A stretch of 61,988 bases of DNA, filler included, from Choristocarpus tenellus KU-1152 (lineage: Eukaryota; Protista; Phaeophyceae), in assembly GCA_964200185.2 (NCBI GenBank). It is 10 parts of 10 records of this genome, joined end to end, with 100 filler letters (N's around TTAATTAATTAA, not from the genome) between each part and the next. Parts side by side here need not be neighbours in the genome. Positions count along the whole stretch, not along the records: positions 17,411 to 35,811 come from CAXNAD020000558.1; positions 35,912 to 40,466 come from CAXNAD020014021.1; 8 more parts are not named here. The stretch is one strand, 5' to 3'. Both the position numbers and the translations under genes were made by a program. Below the pieces are notes generated by a model. That model was not told the DNA's origin. It searched no databases and saw only the letters and a list, made by a program, of their open reading frames with translations. Shown here piece after piece: positions 25,001 through 37,170 of this stretch (its first letter is position 1; every line of letters begins with the position of its first letter).

Positions 25001-28000
25001 TTAGTCTCCAGTCACATGGATTGCAGGGCCTTTTGGTACATCCACTGGATGCTTTGGGCGGAGGATTGCCTCCCACACAACCGTGGCAAGAACTCCTCCA
25101 GAAAGAGGACCCACCCAGAACACCCTACGTACGCAAATGACATCATTCGTTAGGATATTCGTTAGGGATAGGAAATGGATAGGATTGTTGTTGGTGCTTG
25201 TTGGGAGGGTCTGAAACTCTTCGATTCACTACAGTGTTGGCATCTCGATGCATCATTTGAAGGGCTCATTACAACAATGGAAGTAAAATCTCTATGGTAC
25301 GAAGTGTGAGAACAGAGGTTGTAGTGGCACATCTCCAAGAGGTTGAGTGAGACATTTGTAAACTTAGTTGTATGACGTTATTCATCAAATGTATTCATGA
25401 AACTATATAAAATATCTTGTGTGTGTTGACCATTACGGATATATACTGAGGGGGACAGCAATTCAATTGTGCTATATGCTGGAACCACACAATTAGTTTG
25501 AGTGATAAAATATTACTTTGAAGTACTCTGAACTATATAATATTTCAAGTAGTAGGACGAACATGAAAGTGTTGGAATCTTTTTTTCCGCAAACAGCTAA
25601 CCACCGAAGTCTCTTATGTTAGGTTGGTTAACCATTTTAAAATACTTGCAAGTCATTGATATACATTGGCATAGTTAGTGATACGCATATTGAACGGGGC
25701 ATATGAAATGCCAGCACAATAATGTAATTTTGTCTTATTGCTACATGTGACCTGAGCGCAATACAATGTGAAGGATAACACATAATCAGTGAGTATCTCA
25801 GAGTATTTTATTGGTCACCCTTACGCTATTACCTAAGGAGTCTACCCACCAGTGGTCATCGAAGTGGTTGTTGGTGACACTGGTTGCGAAGGAACGGGCG
25901 GGGTTGATGGAGCATCCATCCACAGGGATGAGGGCCAGGTGAGCTTTTCGATGGTTGAACCGAACAGAAACGTTTCAACATGAAATTGAAGAGATGGGTT
26001 AAAAGATGGGGATCAGGATTCCAAGGAGAGAAAAGGCGCTGGTGATGTGTGTATCATATATAGAGTGTCAGTAAGGAAAGGCGGTCAATGAAATATTGAG
26101 GTTTAGAGCAGCAGTGAGATCACAGGGGGGGGTTTCCCAGTGAGCTGTAGTCTACATCATGCTGGTTGTATCACCATCCTATTGACATTGACTTCCTCAT
26201 AATTTTCCAGAAAAAGGGCCCTCACCAATACAGACAGCCATCCCTATGGCGAGGGGGAGCAAAGGCTGGATGTGGTACAGGCGTCGACCCATTTCTCCAT
26301 CAGTTGCGGCGAACACGGTCAACACCAGCATGAACGTGCAAATTACCTCACCGCCAAAAGCATCAGCCACCTGGCGCGCTCAGGACGAGTACATCGGCAA
26401 TAAGAGGAATAAGCTTTGGTAATCTTTCATGGGTTGGTGGTAATCAAGCGTAAGCATGGAAGGTTGCTATGAAGAACACACCGAAAATTCACTATGATAA
26501 TGTAAGACAAAGAAGGCGTCAGTGATAAGTGAATGTTTAGATTAGTTTTGGTAAGAAAAGTCAGACTCCTCAGCGGCTACTTACATCAATGCCATCCAAT
26601 ATAATGTTTTGCCCCCCGCCAGTGTCACTGAGAAAAATCGTGGCAAGGCCAGCTCCAGCCGTTGCTCCAGCACACTAATCAGTGGAAAGAAATGGTTAGA
26701 AAGCAAAGACTCCAGGGGAAGGGGACGTACTAGATCATCGGCAAAAGTCATACCAGCAATAATAGACGTCTATTGGAATGAATTGGGAAGTGTGAGATAG
26801 AAAATATAGAAAATTAGACAAACTAATGGTGGGATTGGACTTCCTGTTTCAAGAAATCAGGACTAGCGACACAAAAATAATAAAATGGAAATAGATGAGA
26901 TGGTGAGAGCTAAGCTGTAGTACAGAGGGGAACCCACCTTCTCTTCAGGAGCCACCACTGTATTATCTTTTGACTTTTTCGGACTCATTTTCGAAATCCT
27001 ACCCTATCCCCAGCCCTAGCCTCAACCCTAAACCTAACTTGTGTGAGGAAAATATCCTAAACTTTCAAGAAAAGATTTATTAGAAGTTTCACACTGTGGT
27101 GCAGCATTCAGTACATTGTGTACTGGGGAACCATCACCTCTCAACAATCCGTTACTTTTGCTTTTTATCACACACATTTTCAAAAACCTAACTAACCCTA
27201 TCCCTAATCCTAACCCTGACCCTAAAATGTGTGTGAAAAATATCCCTAAACCTCTTATGAGTTAGTGGGTAAGTATGACATCGGTGGTTCCCCAAGACCT
27301 GGGTTCCCCTGCGAACTCCAAACATCTACACATTCACTATGACCATCATGATTTGACAGGACAAGGGTCAGACCAGAGACCAGAACCGGAAGAGCAGAAG
27401 TATTAGGGATCAGTTGGGATCAGATATATACTGTTATTCGTACCTGTGAGATGACGTAAGCCACAAACCGCTCGAGGGTGATTCGTTATCCAACTAGGAG
27501 ACCAATGGACACTGCAGGGTTCAGGTTAGCTCCGGAAGCAGACGCCAGCACATATCTGAGGAAGACGAAGCAGCCATTGCTGTGATTAGTTCAGAGATCG
27601 AAAAAAATGTCATTAGAGGGAGATGTCAATCAATGTTGAATCACTGTGACTGTCTCCAAGTGTATACCCTTCTAGTACTCTAAACAGCAATTTCGCACCT
27701 ATGTGAACTAGCATTTATCTTGTCTTTCTACATGCCACAGGTTTCAAGGGTGGTTGGGCTGTATTTCAGGCATGGGAATTGGGTGTGAGGCAGAGGGTTC
27801 AAAAGCCCTCAATACCTGAAGGGGCCTAAATAGGCTTTGTCCAAGGTGATGTAGGATGGCTCAAAGCAAACGTGATACCGCTTGACATAATCTTTATTGC
27901 ACGACTTGGACACTGTGCGCGGTCAATCCTAATTAGGTGGGTTGTTCAACATCCAGTTCACTCGTTACTCCAACAGTAAATAATTGCGATTACTGTGTGT

Positions 28001-29209
28001 CCATAGTGTATGGTATAAAAGATGAGGGGAAGAACCGATCACCCTACTCACACAAGGACAAATGTGGTGAGCCCAAAGCTCAGAGATACCATCAGCCTGG
28101 TCCCTGAAGCGTTGACAGTGGCAGTGTCGGCATCGACCATCCGGACTGTGGTGATAACTGAGTGTGATCATTGGCAAGGATGACAGGGACATAATTGAAG
28201 AGTAGATCCAAAAGAATACTACAGCATATCATACGTGTTTATGTGTGAATATGTGTGTATGTGTATATTTTGAAAGATCGAAGAGCCATACCTTTGTGTT
28301 GTTTTTTATCTTGTGAAAGGGTAGGAGATGAACCTCTTGTATATTCAATGTGTATAATTGAAAGGAAAGCAATTTTAATCGGTCTGCAAGGTCAACAATG
28401 ACCGTATAAAGAAAGTTGGTCGTGCTAGTACTGCCCAAAGGGCCAAGTGTGAAGCTTCTTCCCATAATCTAGAGTACTCAAACTGTGCCAAGTGGTCCAC
28501 CCGATGCACCGATAAACTTATAACGAGGCTGGAGAGGATTGGGATGCCAAGGTCATCTACCAATGTTAAAAAACATGCTGCAGATATGTCGCCAAGACGT
28601 ACCAAGTTCTCCAGAGTATGTATTAAAGGGTGTTCTTGTGCTGTTGTAGTTAATGTACTTGTACTCTGACCATGACACAAGCCGTGAGATATCCCCCACA
28701 TAATTTTTTTGAAACATTATGACATCAAAATGAACATCATAGGAACAAAGGGTTCCAGGATCGTGTGCTGGTGCTGAGGGATGTAGTCAAGGGGATATAT
28801 TGAAGGCAAATACTCTAGTAACTTACCGAAGAACAGGAAGAGAAAAGTCCCGGTAAACTCGGCAAACAATCCACGCAACATACTGTCAGAGAGGACCCTC
28901 CGTACTCCTCTGCGGTTCCTCTTGGCAACATCGTTGTGCACTTCCTTCAGCTCTATGCCCAGCTCCCATTTTCGTTCGTACTGCACGTATCAAACAGTAT
29001 TGCGAACGGGATAGTTGCTGAAAAGATATGTACTGTTCGCTTCCACAAGGTCCAACCAAGGTGCTCCAGCGAGAAAAAGCGAGCAAGTCAACAAACGCTA
29101 ACGACTCGCAGCACTTCTGTGAAATACGGTGAATGTAATACAGCAATAGCTGAACTCATAATAATATGACATAGCACGTTGCCTAGGAACCTACCTCCAG
29201 AACGGCCAT
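25001..29209 (-). CDS. Aquaporin (MIP family), 8 exons, with an in-frame TAA in exon 4 (possible recent pseudogene)
   Basis: Phase-consistent GT-AG exons 29209-29195 (short and least certain), 28980-28827, 28157-28052, 27555-27444, 26674-26585, 26370-26226, 25943-25850 and 25124-25001. Motifs AEFTGTFLF, SGANLNPAVS, GEVICTFMLV, DGCSINPARSF and HWVFWVGP. TAA at 27488-27486. Confidence 0.93.
26926..27310. mobile_element. Putative nested small inverted-repeat elements carrying degenerate CCCTAA arrays
   Basis: Outer AGGGGAACCCA / TGGGTTCCCCT (26926 / 27310); inner TGGGGAACCA / TGGTTCCCCA (27124 / 27294). Each part contains a telomere-like array. No TSD seen. Confidence 0.5.
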
Positions 29210-31999
29210 GGTGTCCACCCCGTTAGTTGTGATTTCTACAGATAATATTGAAATTCCTCAACATACAAGGGTGAGACTGGTGTCTGAAGATGTGCCTGCT
29301 TGCTATGGTTGTTTCTATTGTTGTAGTGTGGGAGTGAAGGGGGGTAGTGTGGGTGTGGGAAGCAATTCAAAGACCAAAGATATCGAATTTAGCGGGTGAA
29401 GAAATTTGTCAAGACGTCGAACGATCCACAAGTACCAACCACACTGATTACCACAAGAAGTTTGTGCGGGGTAATGGGCTCGATAAGGAAAATATCAGTC
29501 TTCACCCCAACAACTTTAGTTTCAACTTTATAATAATAGTAACTGACTATACTATATTACGTAACACACAACCTACAAAGGTTTTAGAAATTGCCAGAGG
29601 ACCGCAGCCCGGAGGGAAATTCTAGGTCGTCTCTTGAGGTCGTGTGCAGTGCGTTTAGTACCAGGTCGTTTACTGGTCTAGAAACAATCACTTGGAGTGT
29701 GAAAAATAGTAACTTCAACTTTGTCAAGTATATTTTTATGCAGTGAAGGCGCTGAATATAGAGCTGGACCACCTCTTCAAGTGTGCCAATTAGTGGATTG
29801 GATTTTCAAACAGAGAATGAACTGATGACACCCTGCTACTCACGTAATGTGCCATATAAAACAAACGTCCTTCTTCTGGAGAATATATATATGACAGCAT
29901 CATGTACGTGACGAAGTAATGTGAAAACGTGAGTTCTTGTTTGTAGGGTGACATCCCAATGTTTGTTGGAGAACTTGCAAATAAAAAGCTAAATCACAGC
30001 GAACAGGAGAACACTCCTGTGTATGTGCTGAGAACCTTAGGAGCAACAGGGGTGGCGTGTATAAAGGCAACAAATCAACACAAATGGTAGATGCATATGT
30101 GCTATATATATATGTGTGTGTATGTATTGTTTTTGGTGGGAGGAAGTATTTATAGTGAGTGCTCTATTAATTCATGGAAGAGTGCGACATGCCAACAGGC
30201 AAGCCATGATAGCTGAAATATGCTATGCTAATGCACAGGAGTAAAGACAGCTCAAGTACATCTGGTGGGGGCTATGCGCACATTCACAACTGACTATATA
30301 CTGCTCCTGTCCGCACGATGTTGCTTTATCACTGGTCCCTATGAATGTTCTATATTCTTCGTCAATCCATGGCTTGGATCTGTGAGCGCGGGACAGGCAC
30401 TGGGTGGTGGTGTGAAAGGGTCAGACGAAGTGGGAAAAGCAAGAGAAGAAACAGGAAAAACTTTAGGATGTGTCAGAAAGAGGTGAGGAAACTCTCAAAA
30501 CTGAAGGTTCCAACAAACGCGACATAGTAACGCTCAGTTACACAACCACAATTCATGAGACCAAATCCGAAAAAAAATATCATACAGAATCGATGATATT
30601 GAGCCGATCATATATAATCAATGAACCCATCCTACCCAAAGTCTGATGACCCTTACAACGAACAGAATAGTCCAAGAGACAAGGACCTTGCCTCTTGCTT
30701 GGTCACTAGTCTTTTTTCTTGAGGTAATAATTTGAATTAGTGATTAGAATCTAAAAAAAACATATCAACTCATACACTCTCAGAACATCTATTACTTTCA
30801 AAACCAGAGTGTCCCAACAAACCCCACATTTTTGTACGTAATTACACAAACACCATGGGCGAATCCGAACAAAAATACGCAACATGTAGGAACGAAAATC
30901 CACCCAAATCCGAATAGAACAACAAAGATTTCAGATCGGAGAGGTTGTCGAGTTGCATTTTAAGGATGTTCACAAATATGTGCAAAATTTGGTGTTTTTT
31001 ACAAATACAAAGATAAAAATATTTTCTGCATTCTGTCCAAAAGTGTCAAACAATAGAGAAATTAAGCCTCTCAATTCAAACACGTCATCCAGAGAAATAT
31101 GACTCTGAATGGCTAAAGATTCAAAAGCTGACTCAAATGCAAAACGTTGAAAATCTGGGTACCTCTTGTTTATTTTCCCTCACATACAGAACCAATCCTT
31201 GCTTTGGAACAACAGACAGAATGACCTAAGAAACAAGGATAAACCAAGAGAATCCCATTCAAACCAAGTATTAGTGAGGATTCCAAATGTGGGATAAAGT
31301 GGAAGTTTATTAAGTAATCGGAGTCTTGGGGGAGGGAGAATTCTGGGAGGGATGAGTTATGGGGAAGGGAGTGTTGATTTGGGTAAAAAGAAAATAATGA
31401 GGTGGATGAAAGAGAGTTATTTAGTGGGGAGTAGGAGGTAAAAGAAGTGATAAGGGAAGGGAAAGAACAGAAGGTAAACTGGAGGGTGATGGGTGTCAAG
31501 AATATACTTATTGTTCATTTGTAAAAGTAGATTATGTACAAAACAGTCTAAGAATGAAATAGACCATGTTTGCGTTCTGAAGGATAGAAGATAGGATTGG
31601 GTTATAGAACTAAAATATGGAAGAGTTCAGAAATAGGAAGCATTGTAGCAAGTAATCTGTGATTAGTGATTAGTGATCCACAGAATAGGATTGATTTGGT
31701 GGCAAGGACTCCCCCCCTTCCTTGAAAGCTCACTCCTCATTTGTCCTTCATTTTACTTCATATCTATAACCTGTCCAACTCATCAAGGAATTAATCAAGT
31801 AATTTACACACACATAAATTGTGAACATCAGCTTCTTCAATATGCTAGCTAGGAGTACTTACTGAAGTGTGATAAGTTTTCAAGGCTAGCATAAATGAGG
31901 AGCTCCGATGGAGGCGGCCATCGGTTACAGCAGACATGCTTTGAGAAGAGTAGAGTATAGAGGGACGACACCAGCAGCAGCAGTTCGACGATGATGGAG

Positions 32000-32800
32000 T
32001 GGAGGTTGAGTCATAGTTCAAGGATGAAGACGAAGGGGTGATTAGCAGAACCGCGCACCGTGTAAGGTCTGCAGGAGAGAGCCTGCAGTTGACTCAACCC
32101 ACTCTGGTCAAAGTTCAAAGCATACAAGGGTGATGATGACAGGGGAGGATACCTAACGTTCGAAAGAAACTTCCTTGCATGTGCCACTGTAGTTGGATGG
32201 AGGGACATTCTTCTGACAGGAGACCATATCAGAGTGAGCAGTGCTATTCTTGATGAAAAGGGATGGACAGAGAGAGAGAAGTCCAAAAGGCAAGTATGGC
32301 TATTGCAACTTTGGTGATGGGTTTAGTTGGACTTGTCAAGCAAATTGCAGACAATCATCATGGCAGTCCTACGGAAGCGTTCCAAGCTCTGAAGAAACCT
32401 TTTTCCAGGAATGGGATTACTGAGAAAGCAATCATGTAGTCCAAGCTTAAATCTCTTCCCATGTACCTGTGGGAGAAGATCTTACCATGGTCAATATGAC
32501 ACTGGACACAGGCTGGTCAAGAACATGATGTCGATTGATGGTGAGCCTAGTGCGGAGGCCCAACTCAGCACGATGCATAATTGCCTTTCTGAGGAGTATT
32601 TTGTTGAGATTTGACATTACTGAGAGAGGGCATGCAGCCAGAATTGATCTTCAAAGACGAGCCTGTGAGATCTATTACATGCGCAAACACCAACAGGAAG
32701 GACGGATGGAGAGCAATGGCGGGGCACTGATGATAGGTGGAGTCCGTGCAAGAGGTGGAACTACAGCGCATTGAAAGGATCGACAATCAGGATGTTTGGA
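32000..32800 (+). mobile_element. Decayed LTR-retrotransposon gag-like region
   Basis: Broken reading frame FKAYKGDDDRGGYLTFERNFLACATVVGWRDILL...GSPTEAFQALKKPFS...HNCLSEEY resembles Copia gag (UBN2-type) architecture; stops and frameshifts. Confidence 0.4.
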
Positions 32801-32953
32801 GTGCTGGCTGTGCGGTGGACCACAATTTCTATCTTCTTGCCCTATTACTGTTTCCTCACGTTGTTCCAGATCCTATACAGTTGCTTCATATGTTTGTGGA
32901 GTGACAGGACACAAGGCTTACTGTTATCCTAAACACACTGGAACTGTTGGAGT

Positions 32954-33245
32954 GGATGAAAGTATCTAGGGAGGGGAGGGAGGTCTACGCCAGGGTGTCC
33001 ATTCGGGCCCTGACCAGGAAAAGTGCACTTACATTATCCATCCAACACATGCACCCAAATCACCAAAAAATCACAACATGGAAAAAAGGGCCCTGAATGG
33101 ACAGCCACCCCCCCCCCGCAAAGCTCCTGCGTCACTCGCCCAGCACNNNNNNNNNNACCACAGCCCCAAAAACCACAAAAAAACCACAACGGGAAAAAAG
33201 GGCCCTGAATGGACAGCCCCCCCCCCCCCCCAAATATTTTGAGTC
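32954..33245. mobile_element. MITE family B copy, partly duplicated across a 10-N gap
   Basis: Left TIR ATGAAAGTATCT; the right part is repeated on both sides of the gap, probably an assembly artefact. Confidence 0.8.
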
Positions 33246-34103
33246 ACTGGTCAAAGATTGAATCATTTTGAACCAAACCCCAGAAGGAAGAGGAAGAATG
33301 CTAAAGGAAAGCAGAGAGGTGATGTCAATAACACTGGCGATTTTTTGTTAGTTCAAGAGGAGAAACAGTTCGGTGGAGAAATATGTTGCAAAAGGGAAAT
33401 TCTTTGCGATTAACCCTTTCTTCTGGGGGACCTGAATTGCAGTTTAGAATAAAGGTTGGAAAGCACTATGGAATGCTTACATTGAAAGCCAGTTGGAACA
33501 ACCTACTGACATATCCTGACCCGACCACAAGACCATCACCCGATGTATCAGACATGAAAGAGAGGATTGTGTCGAGAGTACTTCTTGCCAAGGGGAAGGC
33601 AGGGACAGATGAACTTACCCCCACAAGGGCTAGAATAGATATCATCTCAGGGGGGTTGTCTGAAGAAAATACTTAATATCAGAGGATATTACAGTGATAG
33701 GTGAGTGTACACTTGGAGGGATTGAGGAGATGCCATCGTCCCAGGGGAGATCGTTGAGGAGGAGAGTGTTGAAACCTGAATTCAAATGAACTGTGCTTTC
33801 TTGCGATGTGGCTAGGTTGTGGTGAAGAGGTATCATAGTGCAATAAAGCACCACTGTGTTTGTTTTGGTAGATCGACAACATGCTTTTGCTCCATCAGAT
33901 GATGGTTGATGTGAAAGTGTGGGTATTTGTTACAGGTGATATGTCTTGATGGCGGTTTCATAAACACCATTATGACCTTCAAGTCCTAGATATGATATAT
34001 TTGTACTTCATGACTATTTATTTATTATTTTTTGCCATTATGGTCCTCGATTGTGATAAGACATCGTTGACCAGTTCCTTTTTATACGATGATATTGATG
34101 ATG

Positions 34104-34358
34104 GAGTGAAAGTATCTTAGAGGGTACGAGTTTTGCCCTGTTTGTCCGTTTGAGACTTGCCTTCCCATGGGTTTTTTTAATGACATTTCCTACTCCAATT
34201 TTTTCGGAATAGATAAAGTGCATGCTATGAAAAGGTGTGAGAGGAACAAGGACATTGACACTTCCTAACAACACGATAACCAAAATTACATCAAAATCGC
34301 AACGTTGGAATTTGGCCCTCAAATGGACGCGGCTCTACCCTCTAAGATACTTTGGCTC
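34104..34358. mobile_element. MITE family A, full-length, inserted in a tandem repeat
   Basis: Both TIRs present; flanks ATG/ATA. Confidence 0.92.
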
Positions 34359-34863
34359 ATAATCCAAGTGAGAGATCCAGCATACTTGACGACTTGTGGG
34401 TCAAATTCCTATACGTGCATCAGTATTATTTATAGGCCTGCAGATGGGAGCTATACATCCTGTGGAGGTAAGCTTCTGGAGAGCGATGTAACATGGAGGA
34501 CCTACCGAGACTTCCACCCAGTTTCTTTTTATACAATGATATTGATGATAATCCCAGAGAGAGACCCAGCATACTTGACAACTTGTGCATCAGGAGTCCT
34601 ATACGTGCATCAGTATTATCTATAGGCCTGTAGATTGGAGCTATACATCCTGTGGAGGTAAGCTTCTGGGGCGCGCTTTAACATGGAGGTCCTACTGAGA
34701 CAGTTCCGTTTTGTACGATGATATTGATGATAATCCAAGTGAGAGATCCAGCATACTTGACGATTTGTGCATCAGGAGTCCTATACGTTCATCAGTATCA
34801 TCTATAGGCCTGTAGATTGGAGTTACATATCGTGTGGAGGTAAGCTTCTGGAGAGCGCTGTAA
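34359..34863. repeat. Tandem repeat with units of about 182-189 bp, about 2.7 copies
   Basis: Units start at 34359, 34548 and 34730 (ATAATCC..GAGAGA(T/C)CCAGCATACTTGAC...). A unit tail also lies left of the MITE at 34071-34103. Confidence 0.92.
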
Positions 34864-34933
34864 AATATTCATTGAGGTGCTCAAATCAAGAAATGCATGC
34901 TCTCTGAAGAGGCTTGTCCCCTTGATGGATAAG

Positions 34934-35113
34934 GACTCAGAGTATCAGGGTGGGGGGGGGGGTCTACACCAGATTGTCCATTTGGACCAAAATAAGGAAA
35001 AGCCCATTTACATTATCCATCTGACGTATGCAACCAAGTCACCTTTAAATCGTGATATGAAAAAATTGACCCCAAATGGACAGCCACCACCCCCCCCCCA
35101 GATACTTTGAACC
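34934..35113. mobile_element. MITE family B, full-length
   Basis: Matches 7754-7934; flanks AAG/AAG. Confidence 0.9.
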
Positions 35114-35188
35114 AAGGGTTTCTGAGGATGTTTTAACTCTGAGTATATTGCATCCAGGTGTGTGTATCAGATACACGTGTAGATTGAT

Positions 35189-35447
35189 GAGTGAAGGTAT
35201 CTTAGAGGGTGCGAATTTTGCCCTGTTTGTCCATCTGGGGCTTGGCTTCCCATGGGGTTTTTTATGACATTTTCCTGCTCCAAAATGCTTTGGAGTAGAT
35301 AAAATGTGTACGTTATGAAAAGTTGTGTCTGGAACATGGATATTGACACTTCCTAATAAACACAACAGCCAAAATTACATCAAAATCGCAACATTGGATT
35401 TTGACCCCCAAATGGACGTGGCCCTACCCTCTAACATACTTTGGCTC
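35189..35447. mobile_element. MITE family A, full-length (259 bp)
   Basis: Both TIRs present; TGAT/TGAT TSD. Confidence 0.93.
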
Positions 35448-35740
35448 TGATGTTGATGTCTTATGAGGGGCACTGCAAGCCAAGAAAAATGATAATTAAC
35501 ACATGATGTTGTACAACTGATGAGTTCTTGTGTGAAGAAGAAGAGAGGGAAAACAAAGAAGAAACAAGAACACAAACTTGAATCAATATCGGAGGGAACT
35601 GAAGTGACAAATATTATGCCTGTGTGTGTGATAGGTAGCGACTGTTCCGAGGCTTTCTATGTACTGTGATACTCCAAAGGTAGTTAATGATGTTGTGATG
35701 AGCTAATGAAGTGAGTGGAGATAACGACCAGTGCAATATG

Positions 35741-35811
35741 GCTCAAATTATCTTGGAGGGGGTGGCGGCTGTCCATTTGGGGTCAATTTTTTCATGTCGC
35801 GATTTTTGGGT
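35741..35811. mobile_element. MITE family B, partial (contig end)
   Basis: GGCTCAAATTATCTTGGAGGGGGTGGCGGCTGTCCATTTGGGG... Further terminal fragments at about 5210-5235, 17449-17479, 40446-40466, 40567-40591 and 47932-47960. Confidence 0.85.
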
Positions 35812-35911
35812 NNNNNNNNNNNNNNNNNNNNNNNNNNNNNNNNNNNNNNNNNNNNTTAATTAATTAANNNNNNNNNNNNNNNNNNNNNNNNNNNNNNNNN
35901 NNNNNNNNNNN

Positions 35912-36300
35912 CAAATCGGATGGAAGATCCATCAATGCAAAAACTCGATGAAAATATCATGCACCCATCCAGCACACAAGATCAAATCCACTCCTTACCT
36001 TCTTCATGTCCATACTTACCTCTCGTGAACTGGCAGTCCTGTACGAAATATCAACAATCCAAATCGGATGGAAGATTCATCAACACAAACACTCAATGCA
36101 CAAAATGACTTTCATTCATCACACAAGATCAAATGTTTTCCTTGCCTTCTTCACATCCTTACTTACCTCTCATAATCTTGGAGCGCTGGACGAAATATCA
36201 ACACACTAAATAAGATGGAAGATTCATCAACACAAACACTCAATGCACAAAATATCCATCCATCCAGCACACAAGAACAAAACCATTCGTTACCTTCCTT
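35912..36300. repeat. Tandem repeat with a unit of about 148 bp, about 2.6 copies visible
   Basis: Units start at about 35912, 36060 and 36207 (AAAT..GATGGAAGAT(T/C)CATCAA...CACACAAGA...ACGAAATATCAACA). Confidence 0.9.
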
Positions 36301-36432
36301 GTAGAACAACGTATAATTTTCAATTCGAAATTGGAGAACAAGAAGTACGTGCCATGCGTTTGAAACATAGCCAATGGTTGAGGCAATTGTCGTTCCTCGG
36401 TCTGGTTGGCACCTTTCGTCATGGCCATGGTC

Positions 36433-37170
36433 TTATTGACGCATCTGGAAGAGAATACGCGCAGCTTCAATGTCGTCGATGATCGGACTGATATCATGGT
36501 GCGCGTTTTCCGTACACGACTGATAAGATCGTAGGCTGAGAACAAGAAGCGCATCTTCCTCCAACTTGGGCTGGGTTCTCGTCTTAACCTCGGCCTTGCC
36601 ATCGCCTGCAGGTTCCGTGGTGAACCCTGCAGCGCCGGTGGTCTTTTTCGTGGACTTCGAGGCCTTGGGCCCCTTCTTGCTAACGCCAGCAGTCTTCGCC
36701 AACTTCCTCGGCGCGGCGACCTTGGATTGGACCTTGGTTTCGATCTTCCGGTGGCTTGGAATGGCAGCGTTGGAAGCCCTGCTGGAGACGGCTGAAGCAG
36801 AGTTCGTCTTTCTCGTCCTAACGCCTATAGATTTGGACGTCGCCTCCTTCACCATCGAAGATCTCGATGCCTCCGTCTCTCTGGAGGCTGCTGCCCTGGT
36901 GGTCATCTTCTTAGCACCCTTGGCCGCACTGATGGTGTGGGCAGGAGTGTGGGACTTGTTTCCCTTTCTGGCGCCGGCAGCATCGAAATACACCTTCAGG
37001 GCGTTCGAAGGAGTCTTTGTCTTGCCCTTGCAGGCGTCGCTAACCTTTGGCGCCATCTTGTTGACCTTGCACGGAACCCTGCTCGTACTGGGTTCCACGA
37101 AGGAGTTGACTTGTAGATTGTCAGCGGCAGAATCGTAAGTCGCCCGTGTCTGTGCTCGAGTCTTCACCAT
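36433..37170 (-). CDS. Intronless Lys/Ala/Ser/Thr-rich basic protein of unknown function (245 aa)
   Basis: Longest ORF in the window. ATG at 37170 (MVKTRAQTR...), visibly GC-richer than its flanks, low-complexity basic body, and two short C-terminal amphipathic segments (EEDALLVLSL, DIEAARILFQM). Confidence 0.75.
   Translation of the reverse strand: MVKTRAQTRATYDSAADNLQVNSFVEPSTSRVPCKVNKMAPKVSDACKGKTKTPSNALKVYFDAAGARKGNKSHTPAHTISAAKGAKKMTTRAAASRETEASRSSMVKEATSKSIGVRTRKTNSASAVSSRASNAAIPSHRKIETKVQSKVAAPRKLAKTAGVSKKGPKASKSTKKTTGAAGFTTEPAGDGKAEVKTRTQPKLEEDALLVLSLRSYQSCTENAHHDISPIIDDIEAARILFQMRQ

Noticed and set aside
27486-27488. Genome-wide TAA reassignment (alternative genetic code)
   Set aside because: The same gene and the 36433 ORF terminate at TAA, and no other reconstructed exon has an internal stop.
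36566-37138. 190-aa plus-strand ORF
   Set aside because: Antisense shadow of the GC-rich minus-strand ORF.
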